DNA from: an uncultured cyanobacterium
Lineage (GTDB): Bacteria > Cyanobacteriota > Cyanobacteriia > Cyanobacteriales > CAWUOF01
DNA length: 64,000 nt
Assembly (NCBI GenBank): GCA_963744145.1
Contig: CAVUSO010000001.1
Location: forward strand, 4,512,001-4,576,000
Reading direction: 5' to 3'
Shown: piece after piece, positions 1-10,144 of the stretch
Layout: the number at the start of each line of letters is the position of its first letter
Numbering within the stretch: position 1 is the stretch's first letter
Notes under the pieces: model-generated
Database searches by the model: none
Seen by the model: only the letters and a program-made list of their open reading frames with translations
Told to the model about the DNA's origin: nothing
Translations under genes and position numbers: made by a program

Positions 1-945
1 GGTCGTAAGGTTGGTTTTCTCCAACCCGGATTTGGGACATTTATGCGCGAGTTTTTTGCTAATTCTACGGTCGAAGCTTCTTTAGAAATTGATACAGAAG
101 TAGATGGTAATACTCGGAGTTATTTAGTAATTGCCAAAAAATGGCTGGAAGACCAAGCTGCGGTTTTTGTGGGGATGGATATTACTGAGCGTAAACAAGC
201 GCAAGAAGCTCTGCTCGCAGAATTAGCTGAAGCAGCTGAATATGTACGCAGTTTGTTACCTCCCCCATTCTCTGAACCTGTGGCAATTGAATCTCGGTTT
301 ATTCCTTCTCAACAGTTAGGAGGAGATTGCTTTGATTATTATTGGCTCGATGATGAAAATTTGGTTATTTATCTGTTAGATGTTTCTGGACATGGCACTG
401 GACCGGCTTTGTTATCGGTTTCGGTCTTAAATCTCTTGCGATCGCGTTCTCTTCCCAATACTAATTTTAATCAACCTAGTGAAGTTTTAACTGCCCTGAA
501 CCAAGCTTTCCAAATTGATAATCAACGTGATATGTATTTCACGATTTGGTATGGGGTTTACAATCTGACTCAACGTCAGCTTACTTATGCTAGTGCTGGA
601 CATCCACCAGCAATTTTATTATCGGAAAATTCCGAGTCGATTACTCAAGCTAGACGTTTGAGGACTCGCGGATTACCGATCGGGATGTTTCTCAATGCTG
701 ATTTTATGACTGCTCGATGTACGATCGCTAAAAATAGCAGTCTTTACTTATATAGTGATGGTGCTTATGAAATTCATCTACCTGATGGGACAATTTGGGG
801 TCTTGATTCTTTTATCCGTCTCCTGAAAGATTATCGCCATCCCCATGGTTTTAATTTAGATGAAATTCTTAAATATTTGCGTGATTTAAGTGCCAAAGAT
901 TCATTTAATGATGATTTATCTTTGCTCCAAATTAATTTTAATTAA
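1..945 (+). CDS. PAS + PP2C/SpoIIE (RsbU-like) Ser/Thr phosphatase, 5'-truncated by the window edge
   Basis: Frame is open from base 1 (GRKVGFLQPGFGTF-M...). PAS C-terminal DITERK, then PP2C motifs GGDCFD, DVSGHG, YASAGHPP, YSDG, DDLS. Confidence 0.9.
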   Translation, partial: GRKVGFLQPGFGTFMREFFANSTVEASLEIDTEVDGNTRSYLVIAKKWLEDQAAVFVGMDITERKQAQEALLAELAEAAEYVRSLLPPPFSEPVAIESRFIPSQQLGGDCFDYYWLDDENLVIYLLDVSGHGTGPALLSVSVLNLLRSRSLPNTNFNQPSEVLTALNQAFQIDNQRDMYFTIWYGVYNLTQRQLTYASAGHPPAILLSENSESITQARRLRTRGLPIGMFLNADFMTARCTIAKNSSLYLYSDGAYEIHLPDGTIWGLDSFIRLLKDYRHPHGFNLDEILKYLRDLSAKDSFNDDLSLLQINFN

Positions 946-990
946 ATTAGTCGGACAACTAAGCTCACTAAATTTATGTCCGACTAATTA
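946..990. terminator. Probable bidirectional terminator hairpin between convergent genes
   Basis: Inverted repeat AATTAGTCGGACA...TGTCCGACTAATT followed by a T-run. Confidence 0.6.
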
Positions 991-1035
991 TTTTTTGGCC
1001 AAGCTTTTTGACAATTAACCATCAAGAATCTTTAA

Positions 1036-1362
1036 TCAGTGGCACTGAATAATGGTTTTGTCAAATTCATTAGGATTGGAAAAAATTTCAAACAATTTAT
1101 CCATACTAGCAAGTTCAAATAACATTTTTAGTTGGGGACTCAGAGAACAAATGAAAATTTTACGTCCTTGACCACGCACAAGTTTTAAGGCGGCCACTAA
1201 AGCTCCTAGACCCGAACTATCTATGAATGTTACATCCTTGAAATCAACTAAAATTATATCTGCTCCAGATTGAACCAATTCGCTAATTTCTCGACGCAAA
1301 TCACTTGCTTTGGCACCGGCTAAAGTGCCAGAGGGTTGAACGGTTTTTAAGATCGGACTCAT
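1036..1362 (-). CDS. STAS-domain anti-sigma factor antagonist (RsbV/SpoIIAA-like)
   Basis: VDFKDVTFIDSSGLGALV motif with the phosphorylatable Ser. Likely start is the ATG at 1362 (MSPILK). Confidence 0.9.
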   Translation of the reverse strand: MSPILKTVQPSGTLAGAKASDLRREISELVQSGADIILVDFKDVTFIDSSGLGALVAALKLVRGQGRKIFICSLSPQLKMLFELASMDKLFEIFSNPNEFDKTIIQCH

Positions 1363-1400
1363 ATTTTTCTGCATAACGGGAGTTGCTGGCAAAATCTAAG

Positions 1401-1590
1401 ATGAGCAAAAAGGTTCTACTTTGACACTCCCACCCCTAAAGGGAAGTGGGATTCTTGAATCAACGACCGCACTTAACCAATTCTAATGTTTCGACTACGC
1501 TCAACACGAGTCACTCAGAACCAGCCAGAGGCGCAGTCTCCTCAAGCGTAGAAATTCCGGTGTGTCCCACCGTATTTTTTAATCCTAATC
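1401..1590 (-). ncRNA. Predicted TnpB omegaRNA/reRNA (3' end of tnpB + right end + flanking guide AGTAGAACCTTTTTGCTCAT)
   Basis: Inferred from the known TnpB architecture. Hairpins are visible between the tnpB 3' end and the TCAA boundary; the 5' limit is approximate. Confidence 0.6.
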
Positions 1591-2890
1591 CTCTTGCTAA
1601 AATGTTCTTGGCAGCGTTCAAATCTCGATGTTCAATTAATCCGCAATTAGGGCATTTATGAGTACGAGTTGACAAAGATTTCTGTACTCTTGTCCCACAT
1701 TTATGGCAATCTTGAGATGTGAAATGGGGTGCTACTGCAAATACATGAACGCCACGTATTTGGGCAAAATAATCTACCCAATCAGTGAACATTGACCATG
1801 CTGCATCAGATATAGATTTAGCAAGTTTATGATTCTTGACCATGTTGCACACTTTCAGATCCTCGTAGACAATCACATCGTTAGATGTTACTAACGTCCT
1901 TGCGGTTCTTACAGCAAATTCTCGACGTTGCCTACTGACCTTTAAGTGCTTTCTTGCCATTTTATTAATGGCTTTTTTACGGTTTTTAGAACCCTTTTTC
2001 CTTTTAGAAACTCTACGTTGTAGTCTCTTTAAGGACTTTTCTGACTTTCTTAAAAATCTAGGGTTTTCTACCTGATTACCGTCTGAATCAGTATAGAAAT
2101 ATTCCAAACCTAAATCAATCCCAACTGCTTTACCTGTTGGTATCTGTGGTTCAGAACGTTCTACCTTAATTAAGAATTGGCAGTAATACCCATCGGCCCT
2201 TTTAACAACCCTAATCCGTTTGATTTGCTCAAGTTGATAGAAATTTAGATCACTAATCCGATGGACGGGAGGATGCGTATTGCAATATGCTCCTTGAGCT
2301 AAGGCTTTAGCGCCATCTTTTAAACCGATTAGCTTAAATGTACCTGCTTTAAAACCATCCGTGAATGTGATCTTCTTTCGATCTTCCGACAGTGACCAGC
2401 CAGTTTGTTTATATTCAACTGATCTGCCACGTTTTTTGAACTTTGGGTAACCTTTCTTCGGTTCCTTCTCCTTACAGTTTTGGTAGAATCTAGAAATTCC
2501 ATTCCATGCTCTATCAGCCGAAGCTTGTCTTGCTTGAGAATTTAGCTTCTTAGCCCACTCAAACTCTTTGGCTAAAGTTGAGCAAAGTTTCTGAAGATCG
2601 TTTTTACTAACACCGCGATTGTCCATCCAGTACCTTAAAGCTTTATTACGAATAAAGTTGGCAGTACGGATTGCTTCGTCTAGCAACTCATACTGCCAAT
2701 CTTTTCCACTTAACTTTGCTTCTAATACCAACATAATTTTTTCGGTGTTAATATTAACAGTATAACAGATAATTAGCTAATTAGCCAACTTAATTAATTA
2801 ATTTTTCAATTAATTTTCACGGCTCCTAAGCCAACAGCTATCCGATTCATCCCGATCCCTAAAAGGAGTGGGCTTTCTCGGTGACAACTT
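1421..2890 (-). mobile_element. IS200/IS605-family element, tnpB only (IS1341/IS891-like, no tnpA)
   Basis: Minus strand: TTAC (2894-2891) precedes the left-end hairpin (2843-2881). The right-end hairpin AAGAATCCCACTTCCCTTTAGGGGTGGGAG ends in GTCAA at 1421. No terminal inverted repeats or target duplication, as expected for this family. Confidence 0.85.
1511..2734 (-). CDS. tnpB: RNA-guided endonuclease TnpB
   Basis: RuvC catalytic residues intact (GIDLG, VYEDL, HRDLNAA) and Zn finger CHKC/CPNC. Contains an extra ~22-aa in-frame insertion. Confidence 0.95.
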   Translation of the reverse strand: MLVLEAKLSGKDWQYELLDEAIRTANFIRNKALRYWMDNRGVSKNDLQKLCSTLAKEFEWAKKLNSQARQASADRAWNGISRFYQNCKEKEPKKGYPKFKKRGRSVEYKQTGWSLSEDRKKITFTDGFKAGTFKLIGLKDGAKALAQGAYCNTHPPVHRISDLNFYQLEQIKRIRVVKRADGYYCQFLIKVERSEPQIPTGKAVGIDLGLEYFYTDSDGNQVENPRFLRKSEKSLKRLQRRVSKRKKGSKNRKKAINKMARKHLKVSRQRREFAVRTARTLVTSNDVIVYEDLKVCNMVKNHKLAKSISDAAWSMFTDWVDYFAQIRGVHVFAVAPHFTSQDCHKCGTRVQKSLSTRTHKCPNCGLIEHRDLNAAKNILARGLGLKNTVGHTGISTLEETAPLAGSE

Positions 2891-3106
2891 GTAACGTTAA
2901 CCGAGTTTTTTTAACTGGTCGAGACCCTGTATTTAGGTTGCGCTACTCTTCAGCACTTGAGACGGATTATTGGTAAAAGAGGTTGCCGAATTTAATTGAG
3001 TAGAAAAAAAATTGCGGCCATCGATTTCCAATGGCTAGTCCTCCATCTAGACTCTATGTTTTTATTTTATCTGCACCCACTTTGAGAGTCTAGTCAAATC
3101 ATACTA

Positions 3107-4300
3107 CTAAAACATGGGGATGTTAAAGCCTGTTAGCGATCGCCTCTTTTCCATTATACTTAAGCCTTTCCCCTGCACCAAAACCCCAAAACCACCTAAT
3201 CCGGTGGGATTGATTAACTGATGTAACGCATCACGACGGTTGAGGACGGTTTGCAGATTTGTCGGTTGAGTTGTCAGTGTCCTAAGACGCTCTCCTAATC
3301 CTAGTGCCATCAAAAAATATTCCTGGGGTTGAAAGCCCAATCGTTCTAATCCAGACAATTCTCCTTTTTTTTCTAAAGCTGTAAAGTTTACGTGACTGGT
3401 CAAATCCTGTTCTCCCACATATATATAAGGGTGATCATGGTGCTGATGACGGTAATAACACTTTAATGTTCCTTGTTGACGACTGGGATGATAAAAATGT
3501 TTCGCAGTATATCCATAATCAATAGTTAATACATAGCCCCTCTGTAATCGCTGGTTTACTGTATCCATCCAATCTAAAGCCGCTAAATTAACTTCACTAC
3601 GATATTCGTCTATATCGGAATAATTGGTTAAATCTATTTCTACCAAGTTTAAATATTCGGCTAATTTCTGGGTCGAAGGTTCGTCAATGATTTCGGTAAA
3701 AAGTGGTAGATCTGCGGGAGTTCTTTTAGTGGTAGTGACGTAAATTTCTTGTAGTTTTCCCGCTTTAATAATAATTTTATGCACTGGGAAAGCATCTACT
3801 AATTCGTTAGAAAATAAACAACCTGTAATTGATTGAGAGGGAATTTGTTCCCAGGAATACCAATGGTAGCGATCGCTCACACCGATCTCTTGCTGTAAAC
3901 GTTGTTGTTGCTGTGCGATTAAAGTTGGCGATCGCTCAATAATTATGTATTGTAAATGATTAAAAAAATCAACATGATGGGTGAGTAAATATTTCAGGAT
4001 ATCAGTAGCTAAGATTCCTTGTCCAGCACCCATTTCCACCAAGGTAAATGGGTTTGGTTGACCTAAAATCTCCCACATTTGGACAAATTGGAGGGCTAAT
4101 AGTTCTCCAAAATCAGGTCCCAAATGGGGAGAAGTGAAAAAATCTCCTTTGCGTCCCAGATTAACTCTCTTGTTAGTGTAATAGCCATATTCGGGATGAT
4201 ATAAGGCTAAATCCATATATTCAGCAAAAGTAATTCTGCTGTAGGGATGAGAAATGATCTTTTGCTGAATTAATGTAGCTAAAGGAGAATGCTGATTCAT
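3107..4300 (-). CDS. MidA/NDUFAF7-family SAM-dependent methyltransferase
   Basis: ITFAEYMDLALYHPEYGYY, GDFFTSP, VEMGAGQG, SNELVDAFP, IDYG and GEQDLTSHVNF motifs. Confidence 0.9.
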   Translation of the reverse strand: MNQHSPLATLIQQKIISHPYSRITFAEYMDLALYHPEYGYYTNKRVNLGRKGDFFTSPHLGPDFGELLALQFVQMWEILGQPNPFTLVEMGAGQGILATDILKYLLTHHVDFFNHLQYIIIERSPTLIAQQQQRLQQEIGVSDRYHWYSWEQIPSQSITGCLFSNELVDAFPVHKIIIKAGKLQEIYVTTTKRTPADLPLFTEIIDEPSTQKLAEYLNLVEIDLTNYSDIDEYRSEVNLAALDWMDTVNQRLQRGYVLTIDYGYTAKHFYHPSRQQGTLKCYYRHQHHDHPYIYVGEQDLTSHVNFTALEKKGELSGLERLGFQPQEYFLMALGLGERLRTLTTQPTNLQTVLNRRDALHQLINPTGLGGFGVLVQGKGLSIMEKRRSLTGFNIPMF

Positions 4301-4335
4301 TTACGAAAGAATTGTGTTAGATTAGAGCAACAACC

Positions 4336-4363
4336 GTAGGGGCGTATTGCAATACGCCCCTAC
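4336..4363. repeat. REP-like perfect palindrome GTAGGGGCGTATTGCAATACGCCCCTAC
   Basis: 28-bp perfect palindrome starting with GTAG, intergenic. Confidence 0.8.
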
Positions 4364-4409
4364 AGTCAAATACCCGACAGTTGTCTTCTCTTGATGATTG
4401 AGCATGATT

Positions 4410-4459
4410 GGGACTGAAGCCCCTACTACAAACGGGGACTGAAGTTCCTACTACAAACG
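4410..4459. repeat. Tandem pair of ~25-bp dispersed repeats (GGGACTGAAG..CCTACTACAAACG)
   Basis: Two near-identical adjacent copies just downstream of ndhH. Confidence 0.7.
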
Positions 4460-4464
4460 ACTTT

Positions 4465-5649
4465 TTAGCGATCGACCGAACCCATAATCACATCAATACT
4501 ACCGAGAATCGCCACAATATCTGCTACTTTCATCCCGCGCAATAATTGTGGTAATACCTGGAGGTTATTAAAGTCTGCGGCTCGAATTTTCCACCGCCAG
4601 GGGAAGATATTATCATCACCAATGATATAAATTCCGAGTTCTCCTTTGCCGCTTTCAATTCTGACATAGTGTTCACCTTTAGGAATTTTGAAAGTAGGTG
4701 CAATTTTTTTGCCAATGAATTGATAATCAAAATCATTCCATTCTGATTTTGGCCCAGCCGCCATCCGTTTTGCTTCCAGGTTTTCATAAGGTCCACCTGG
4801 TAAAGCGGTTAAAGCTTGACGAAGAATACTCACCGCTTGACGCATTTCTCGAATCCGAACTACATAACGAGCAAAACAATCTCCAGCCGTTTCCCATTCC
4901 ACTTCCCAATCAAAATCGTCGTAACATTCATAGTGATCGACTTTCCGCAAGTCCCATTTCACTCCCGAAGCGCGGAGAGTTGGACCAGAAAGACCCCAAT
5001 TAATCGCATCTTCACGACTAATCGTACCGATTCCTTCGACCCGACGACGGAAAATCGGGTTATCAGTAATTAAACGTTCATACTCATCAATTTTGGGCGA
5101 GAAATAGTCACAAAAATCTTCGCATTTATCTACCCAACCGTAGGGTAAATCAGCTGCTACACCACCAATCCGGAAGTAATTATTATTGACCATGCGATAA
5201 CCAGTCGCAGCTTCCCAGAGGTCATAGATTAACTCGCGTTCTCGAAAAATATAGAAAAAGGGAGTTTGGGCACCAACGTCAGCTAAGAATGGTCCTAACC
5301 ACAGCAGATGATTAGCAATCCGATTTAGCTCTAACATAATTACCCGGATATAACTAGCACGTTTAGGTACAGCGATATCAGCTAATTTTTCCGGAGCATT
5401 AACAGTAACAGCTTCATTAAACATTCCGGCGGCGTAGTCCCAGCGACTCACGTAGGGAACATACATAATATTGGTGCGGTTTTCCGCGATTTTCTCCATT
5501 CCTCGGTGCAAATAACCCAGGACTGGTTCGCAATCGATCACATTTTCCCCATCTAAAGTAACGATTAATCTCAGCACCCCGTGCATAGAGGGATGATGCG
5601 GTCCCATGTTGAGGACCATGGGTTCAGTTCTGGTTTCAATTTTGGGCAT
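4465..5649 (-). CDS. ndhH: NAD(P)H-quinone oxidoreductase subunit H
   Basis: [37 protein letters not shown] and C-terminal [10 protein letters not shown]. Start is the ATG at 5649. Confidence 0.98.
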   Translation of the reverse strand: MPKIETRTEPMVLNMGPHHPSMHGVLRLIVTLDGENVIDCEPVLGYLHRGMEKIAENRTNIMYVPYVSRWDYAAGMFNEAVTVNAPEKLADIAVPKRASYIRVIMLELNRIANHLLWLGPFLADVGAQTPFFYIFRERELIYDLWEAATGYRMVNNNYFRIGGVAADLPYGWVDKCEDFCDYFSPKIDEYERLITDNPIFRRRVEGIGTISREDAINWGLSGPTLRASGVKWDLRKVDHYECYDDFDWEVEWETAGDCFARYVVRIREMRQAVSILRQALTALPGGPYENLEAKRMAAGPKSEWNDFDYQFIGKKIAPTFKIPKGEHYVRIESGKGELGIYIIGDDNIFPWRWKIRAADFNNLQVLPQLLRGMKVADIVAILGSIDVIMGSVDR

Positions 5650-5767
5650 TGGGTCGCATTCTCCCCTAGGTAATTGAAAATAGTTGGCGAAGTTGGGTTT
5701 ACGGGTATTATATATTCTGTTATTAGTTCTCAACCAAAAATGTGTGTCACAAAAAACTGAAACTCCG

Positions 5768-6628
5768 ATGTTTGTCCATGTTCCAGTTTTAGGTCGGGAG
5801 TTAGTTGCGGGCTTAGAGGTCTGTCCCGGTGGTCATTATTTGGATGCTACCGTCGGAGCTGGTGGACATAGCCGATTAATTTTAGCAGCAGCACCAGATG
5901 TGCGGGTCACGGCGATCGATCGGGATCAGCAAGCTTTAGCGGTAGCCCAGTCCGAACTCGCTGAATATGGCGATCGGGTCAAATTTTGGCAAGGGAATTT
6001 TGCTAATTTTCCGGCTGATGGCATTTTATTTAATGGCATAATCGCAGATTTAGGAGTAAACTCTGGTCAACTAGACACAGCCGCACGCGGTTTTAGTTTT
6101 CGGCATACTGCGGATTTAGATATGAGAATGGATCAATGTCAAACTTTGACAGCAGGTGAAATAATTAATAAATGGGGGGAAACCCAACTAGCTGAGATAT
6201 TTTATAAATATGGAGAAGAAAGACTATCTAGGCGTTTGGCCAAAAAAATTGTGGAATATCGTCCATTTCAAACTACCACCGAACTAGCCCAGGCGATCGC
6301 CGCCCATGTCCCCCGTCAATATCGATATGGCCGAATTCATCCAGCTACCCGCATTTTTCAAGCATTGCGGATAGTAGTGAATGAAGAAATGACTAGCTTA
6401 GAAGCTTTTTTAGGAAAAGTGGCGGGATGGTTAAAAGTAGGGGGTAGAATTGGAATTATCAGTTTCCATAGTTTGGAAGATCGATTAGTCAAACACTCTT
6501 TCCGAGAGTCAAATTTATTGCGGGTGCTTACCAAAAAGCCAATCATACCGGAAGCTGAAGAAATCGCCCAAAATCCCCGCTCACGTTCGGCCAAACTCAG
6601 GCTGGCCGAAAGTTTACCTAAAAATTAA
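5768..6628 (+). CDS. rsmH: 16S rRNA m4C1402 methyltransferase
   Basis: [35 protein letters not shown] and [10 protein letters not shown] motifs. Start is ATG 5768 or GTG 5744. Confidence 0.96.
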   Translation: MFVHVPVLGRELVAGLEVCPGGHYLDATVGAGGHSRLILAAAPDVRVTAIDRDQQALAVAQSELAEYGDRVKFWQGNFANFPADGILFNGIIADLGVNSGQLDTAARGFSFRHTADLDMRMDQCQTLTAGEIINKWGETQLAEIFYKYGEERLSRRLAKKIVEYRPFQTTTELAQAIAAHVPRQYRYGRIHPATRIFQALRIVVNEEMTSLEAFLGKVAGWLKVGGRIGIISFHSLEDRLVKHSFRESNLLRVLTKKPIIPEAEEIAQNPRSRSAKLRLAESLPKN

Positions 6629-6976
6629 GTGAAAAGAGTTGATTAGCACTTATGGTTAGGATTACCAATGAGTAAAATATTCTAGGACCAGAATCCGAGT
6701 TTTTAGACCATCGGTTATCTGTCTTATTAGATCAGGTTGCAAGCAACGGTGTGATGTCATCATTATGGTGACAAATACCGTTTGTCAACACAGGTTGAAC
6801 GGGTAAAAGCAGTGTCGGGACTCGATCCGGCCAAATCATGGCCAGAACAGCACCCAAAAATTCTGGCACTTCGTCTTTTGGTGTCGGTACTTGCCCGATC
6901 ACCAAGAGTAAGCGATAGTAGTTAGAATTGCGGCCTTTGCCATCAACGTCAAATTCAGCCGGGAGTGGAGCCTCGC

Positions 6977-8662
6977 ATGAGTCAGGCAGATCGGAGCAAA
7001 CTCAGAATGATGGTCGTTGACGACGAACCGGACAACCTGGATTTGCTATACCGAACATTTAGAAGAGATTTTCAAGTTTTCAAGGCAGACAGTGGTCTGG
7101 CTGCTCTCCAAATCCTAGACCAGGAAGGGGAGATGGCCATCATAATTTCCGACCAACGGATGCCTGGGATGAACGGAACAGAATTTTTAAGTAAAACCGT
7201 AGACCGTTTTCCCGATACGATCCGGATTGTATTAACAGGCTATACAGATGTAGAAGACCTGGTAGAAGCAATTAACTCAGGTAAGGTTTTTAAATACATC
7301 ACCAAACCTTGGCAACCTGATGAACTCAAAGGAGTAGTCCAACAATCTGGGGAAACCTACAAAGTCATCAAACAGAGAACCAATGAACTGCGGCGATCGC
7401 TGCGGCGGGAACTACTGTTTAATGCGGTCACGGGAGCAATTCGAGAATCGTTAGATTATCGAAGTATGTTGCAAACCGTGGTGGAAACAGTTGGACGTAC
7501 TTTTGGGGCGAGTGGGTGCATTCTCCGACCGGTAGAAGACAATCGTCTGACCCAGGATTGTTTTTCTTATCAACTCACGCCGGAAACAGAAACAGCGGTA
7601 GAACCTCCCCCTTTGCCCATCGAAGACAACTTGATTCAATCTGTCCTTAGTAGTCGGACAACCCAACTAGCTCAAAGCGCTGAAAAAGGAAATAAATATG
7701 TAAAACTCGCAGTTCCACTAACCTATCAACAAGAACTTTTGGCGATTTTGTTTGTCTATCAATACGATAGCGCTCGACCTTTGTCTCCAGAAGATATCCA
7801 ACTGATTGAAGGTGTGGCTGAACAAGCGGCTTTAGCCATTTCCCAAGCTAAACTTTATCAGCGCTCTCAGCAGCAAGCTGAACAAATGCGCCAAGATTTG
7901 GCAGTGGCTTGTCAAATCCAAAGTAATCTGTTACCCCCAAATTTCCTGCAACTGGAAAATTTTAAAGTTCAAGCTGAATGTAAACCAGCCAGGGAAGTCG
8001 GAGGTGATTTTTATGAAATCTTTGTCCATCCAGAAGGTGATCTGTGGCTAGCAATTGGTGATGTTTCTGGTAAAGGAGTACCAGCAGCTCTGTTCATGGC
8101 TAGTGCCATTTCCGTGATGCGTCGCGAACTATCTCAAGAAAATCCCCCAGAGCCAAGTCTGGTGATGCGGAGCCTCAACAGCATTCTCTCCGAGCATCTG
8201 ATGACCAATAATTGCTTTATTACTATGGTCTTGGCTCGTTACAATCCCACCACCAGAAAACTGCTCTATGCCAACGCTGGTCATATTTATCCCATCGTCT
8301 GGTCTCAAGATGCAGTGTTAGCCAGCCATAATAACCCAGATGCCACCTTGGAAATTGAACCAAATTATCTGAAAGTGCGTGGGATTCCGGTGGGAATTTT
8401 ACCAATTTGGAAAGCCCAATCTGGGAGTATTGATTTAAATCCAGGGGATGTATTTCTACTGACTAGTGATGGGATCACAGAAGCAACTGTTCCCGATCAA
8501 GATGGGCAAAGTGCTAGCGCCATGTTGCAACAAACTGGTCTGTGGAATTTCCTGATTCAAGAAAAAAGTTCCCTGGACTTGCCTAGCCTGTTAGCTCGCA
8601 TCCAAGCACACGTTAAAGTTCAGGAAGATGACCAAACAATGCTCTCTCTGGAGGTTCTATAG
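6977..8662 (+). CDS. Receiver-GAF-PP2C (SpoIIE) phosphatase
   Basis: REC domain (VVDDEPDN, ISDQRMP, KPW), GAF domain, PP2C motifs (VGGDFY, GDVSGKG, NAGH, TSDG, DDQT). Confidence 0.93.
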   Translation: MSQADRSKLRMMVVDDEPDNLDLLYRTFRRDFQVFKADSGLAALQILDQEGEMAIIISDQRMPGMNGTEFLSKTVDRFPDTIRIVLTGYTDVEDLVEAINSGKVFKYITKPWQPDELKGVVQQSGETYKVIKQRTNELRRSLRRELLFNAVTGAIRESLDYRSMLQTVVETVGRTFGASGCILRPVEDNRLTQDCFSYQLTPETETAVEPPPLPIEDNLIQSVLSSRTTQLAQSAEKGNKYVKLAVPLTYQQELLAILFVYQYDSARPLSPEDIQLIEGVAEQAALAISQAKLYQRSQQQAEQMRQDLAVACQIQSNLLPPNFLQLENFKVQAECKPAREVGGDFYEIFVHPEGDLWLAIGDVSGKGVPAALFMASAISVMRRELSQENPPEPSLVMRSLNSILSEHLMTNNCFITMVLARYNPTTRKLLYANAGHIYPIVWSQDAVLASHNNPDATLEIEPNYLKVRGIPVGILPIWKAQSGSIDLNPGDVFLLTSDGITEATVPDQDGQSASAMLQQTGLWNFLIQEKSSLDLPSLLARIQAHVKVQEDDQTMLSLEVL

Positions 8663-8665
8663 TCA

Positions 8666-9100
8666 ATGAGAACGGAGCTTAATGTACCAAGCGACTTAAA
8701 GTTTTTGAATATTGTGGAGAGCTGGCTACTAGGAAGTCTGGAAGTCGAGCTAGAAAACCATATTGATTGGCCGCGTCAATCAAATCGCTTGCGTTTGGTG
8801 TTAGCAGAAGCATACTCAAATGTAGTACGTCATGCCCATCGAGATAAACCGAATTTACCAATCTTGATTCGTCTAGAACTCAAGGAACGGGATATTGCCC
8901 TGGAAGTTTGGGATCATGGGACAGGATATGATTTGTCTACTTATGCCGCACCCGTCCCAGAAAAAATGCAAGATGGTGGCTATGGTTGGCTGATTATGAA
9001 TCGTCTGATGGATCGAGTGGAATATCGTTTACAAATAGATGGTCGCAATTGTCTCAAGCTGGAAACTAGTTTGCCAGAACCAGAAAAAGCTAAGACCTAA
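8666..9100 (+). CDS. RsbW-like anti-sigma factor / Ser kinase (HATPase_c_2)
   Basis: EAYSNVVRHA, WDHGTG and GGYGW motifs; adjacent to the PP2C gene. Confidence 0.9.
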   Translation: MRTELNVPSDLKFLNIVESWLLGSLEVELENHIDWPRQSNRLRLVLAEAYSNVVRHAHRDKPNLPILIRLELKERDIALEVWDHGTGYDLSTYAAPVPEKMQDGGYGWLIMNRLMDRVEYRLQIDGRNCLKLETSLPEPEKAKT

Positions 9101-9151
9101 AACTAGCTGAATTTGGTGGACAATTGATTTGGCCATTGGTAAGACCAGCAC

Positions 9152-10144
9152 ATGACCGATGATTTAGTTACTAGCGCACAGATTAAAGAAAAAGCTGTTG
9201 AACTGGGATTTCACCAGGTGGGCATAGCAGCAATCTCCCTCCAGTCTGATCCTGGGGATGATGCTGTGAATGTTCCCCTGGCACCTCAGTCTCAAAAGTT
9301 ACGGGATTGGTTGGCTCAAGGTGATCATGCTGATCTGGAATGGATGGCTAATCCTAAGCGTCAGGATGTTCGCTTGTTGATGCCATCGGTGCGATCGCTA
9401 ATTTGTGTCGCTCTGAATTATTACTCATCAGTGTCACGTCCTGAAGATCCACAGTATGCCAAAATTTCCCGTTATGGTTGGGGGAGGGATTATCATCGGG
9501 TTATACATAAAAAATTAAAAGCTTTGACGATCTGGTTAAAAAGTTTTAGCTCGGTTATAGAAGCTAAATATTATGCTGATACTGGACCAATTCTTGACAA
9601 AGCTTGGGCACAAGCAGCGGGAATTGGTTGGATTGCCAAAAATAGTAATTTGATTACTCGTAAATATGGTTCTTGGGTGTTTTTGGGAGAGGTGTTAACT
9701 AATTTGGATTTGACACCTGATCCACCTCATGCAGAACACTGTGGGACTTGTAGTCGTTGCTTGGATGCTTGTCCCACAGGAGCGATTACTCAGCCCTTTG
9801 TGGTTGATGCTAATCGTTGTATTGCTTATCACACGATTGAAAATCGAGGGGAAACTTTACCACCGGCGATCGCTAGTCGGATGGAAGGTTGGGTCGCTGG
9901 TTGTGATATTTGTCAAGATGTTTGTCCCTGGAATCAGCGGTTTGCTCAAGAGACTAATCTAGCTGAATTTCACCCCTATCCTGAGAATATTGCACCAACT
10001 TTAACGGAATTAGCTGAAATCTCCGAATCTGAATGGGAGCGACGTTTTCGAGCATCAGCTTTACGTCGGATTAAACCACAAATGCTTCGTCGTAATGCGA
10101 TCGCTAATTTACATCAGATTCAACCTGAATCCCATCTTGGTTAG
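9152..10144 (+). CDS. queG: Epoxyqueuosine reductase
   Basis: ISRYGWGRDYH, DTGP, CGTCSRCLDACPT and GCDICQDVCPWN motifs. Confidence 0.96.
   Translation: MTDDLVTSAQIKEKAVELGFHQVGIAAISLQSDPGDDAVNVPLAPQSQKLRDWLAQGDHADLEWMANPKRQDVRLLMPSVRSLICVALNYYSSVSRPEDPQYAKISRYGWGRDYHRVIHKKLKALTIWLKSFSSVIEAKYYADTGPILDKAWAQAAGIGWIAKNSNLITRKYGSWVFLGEVLTNLDLTPDPPHAEHCGTCSRCLDACPTGAITQPFVVDANRCIAYHTIENRGETLPPAIASRMEGWVAGCDICQDVCPWNQRFAQETNLAEFHPYPENIAPTLTELAEISESEWERRFRASALRRIKPQMLRRNAIANLHQIQPESHLG

Noticed and set aside
1511..2734. Nuclease-dead TnpB (TldR) or Cas12f
   Set aside because: All three RuvC acidic residues are intact, IS ends are present and there is no adjacent CRISPR array.
6629..6976. Riboswitch or ncRNA in the long leader of the REC-GAF-PP2C gene
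   Set aside because: No recognisable family motif; a covariance-model search would be needed.
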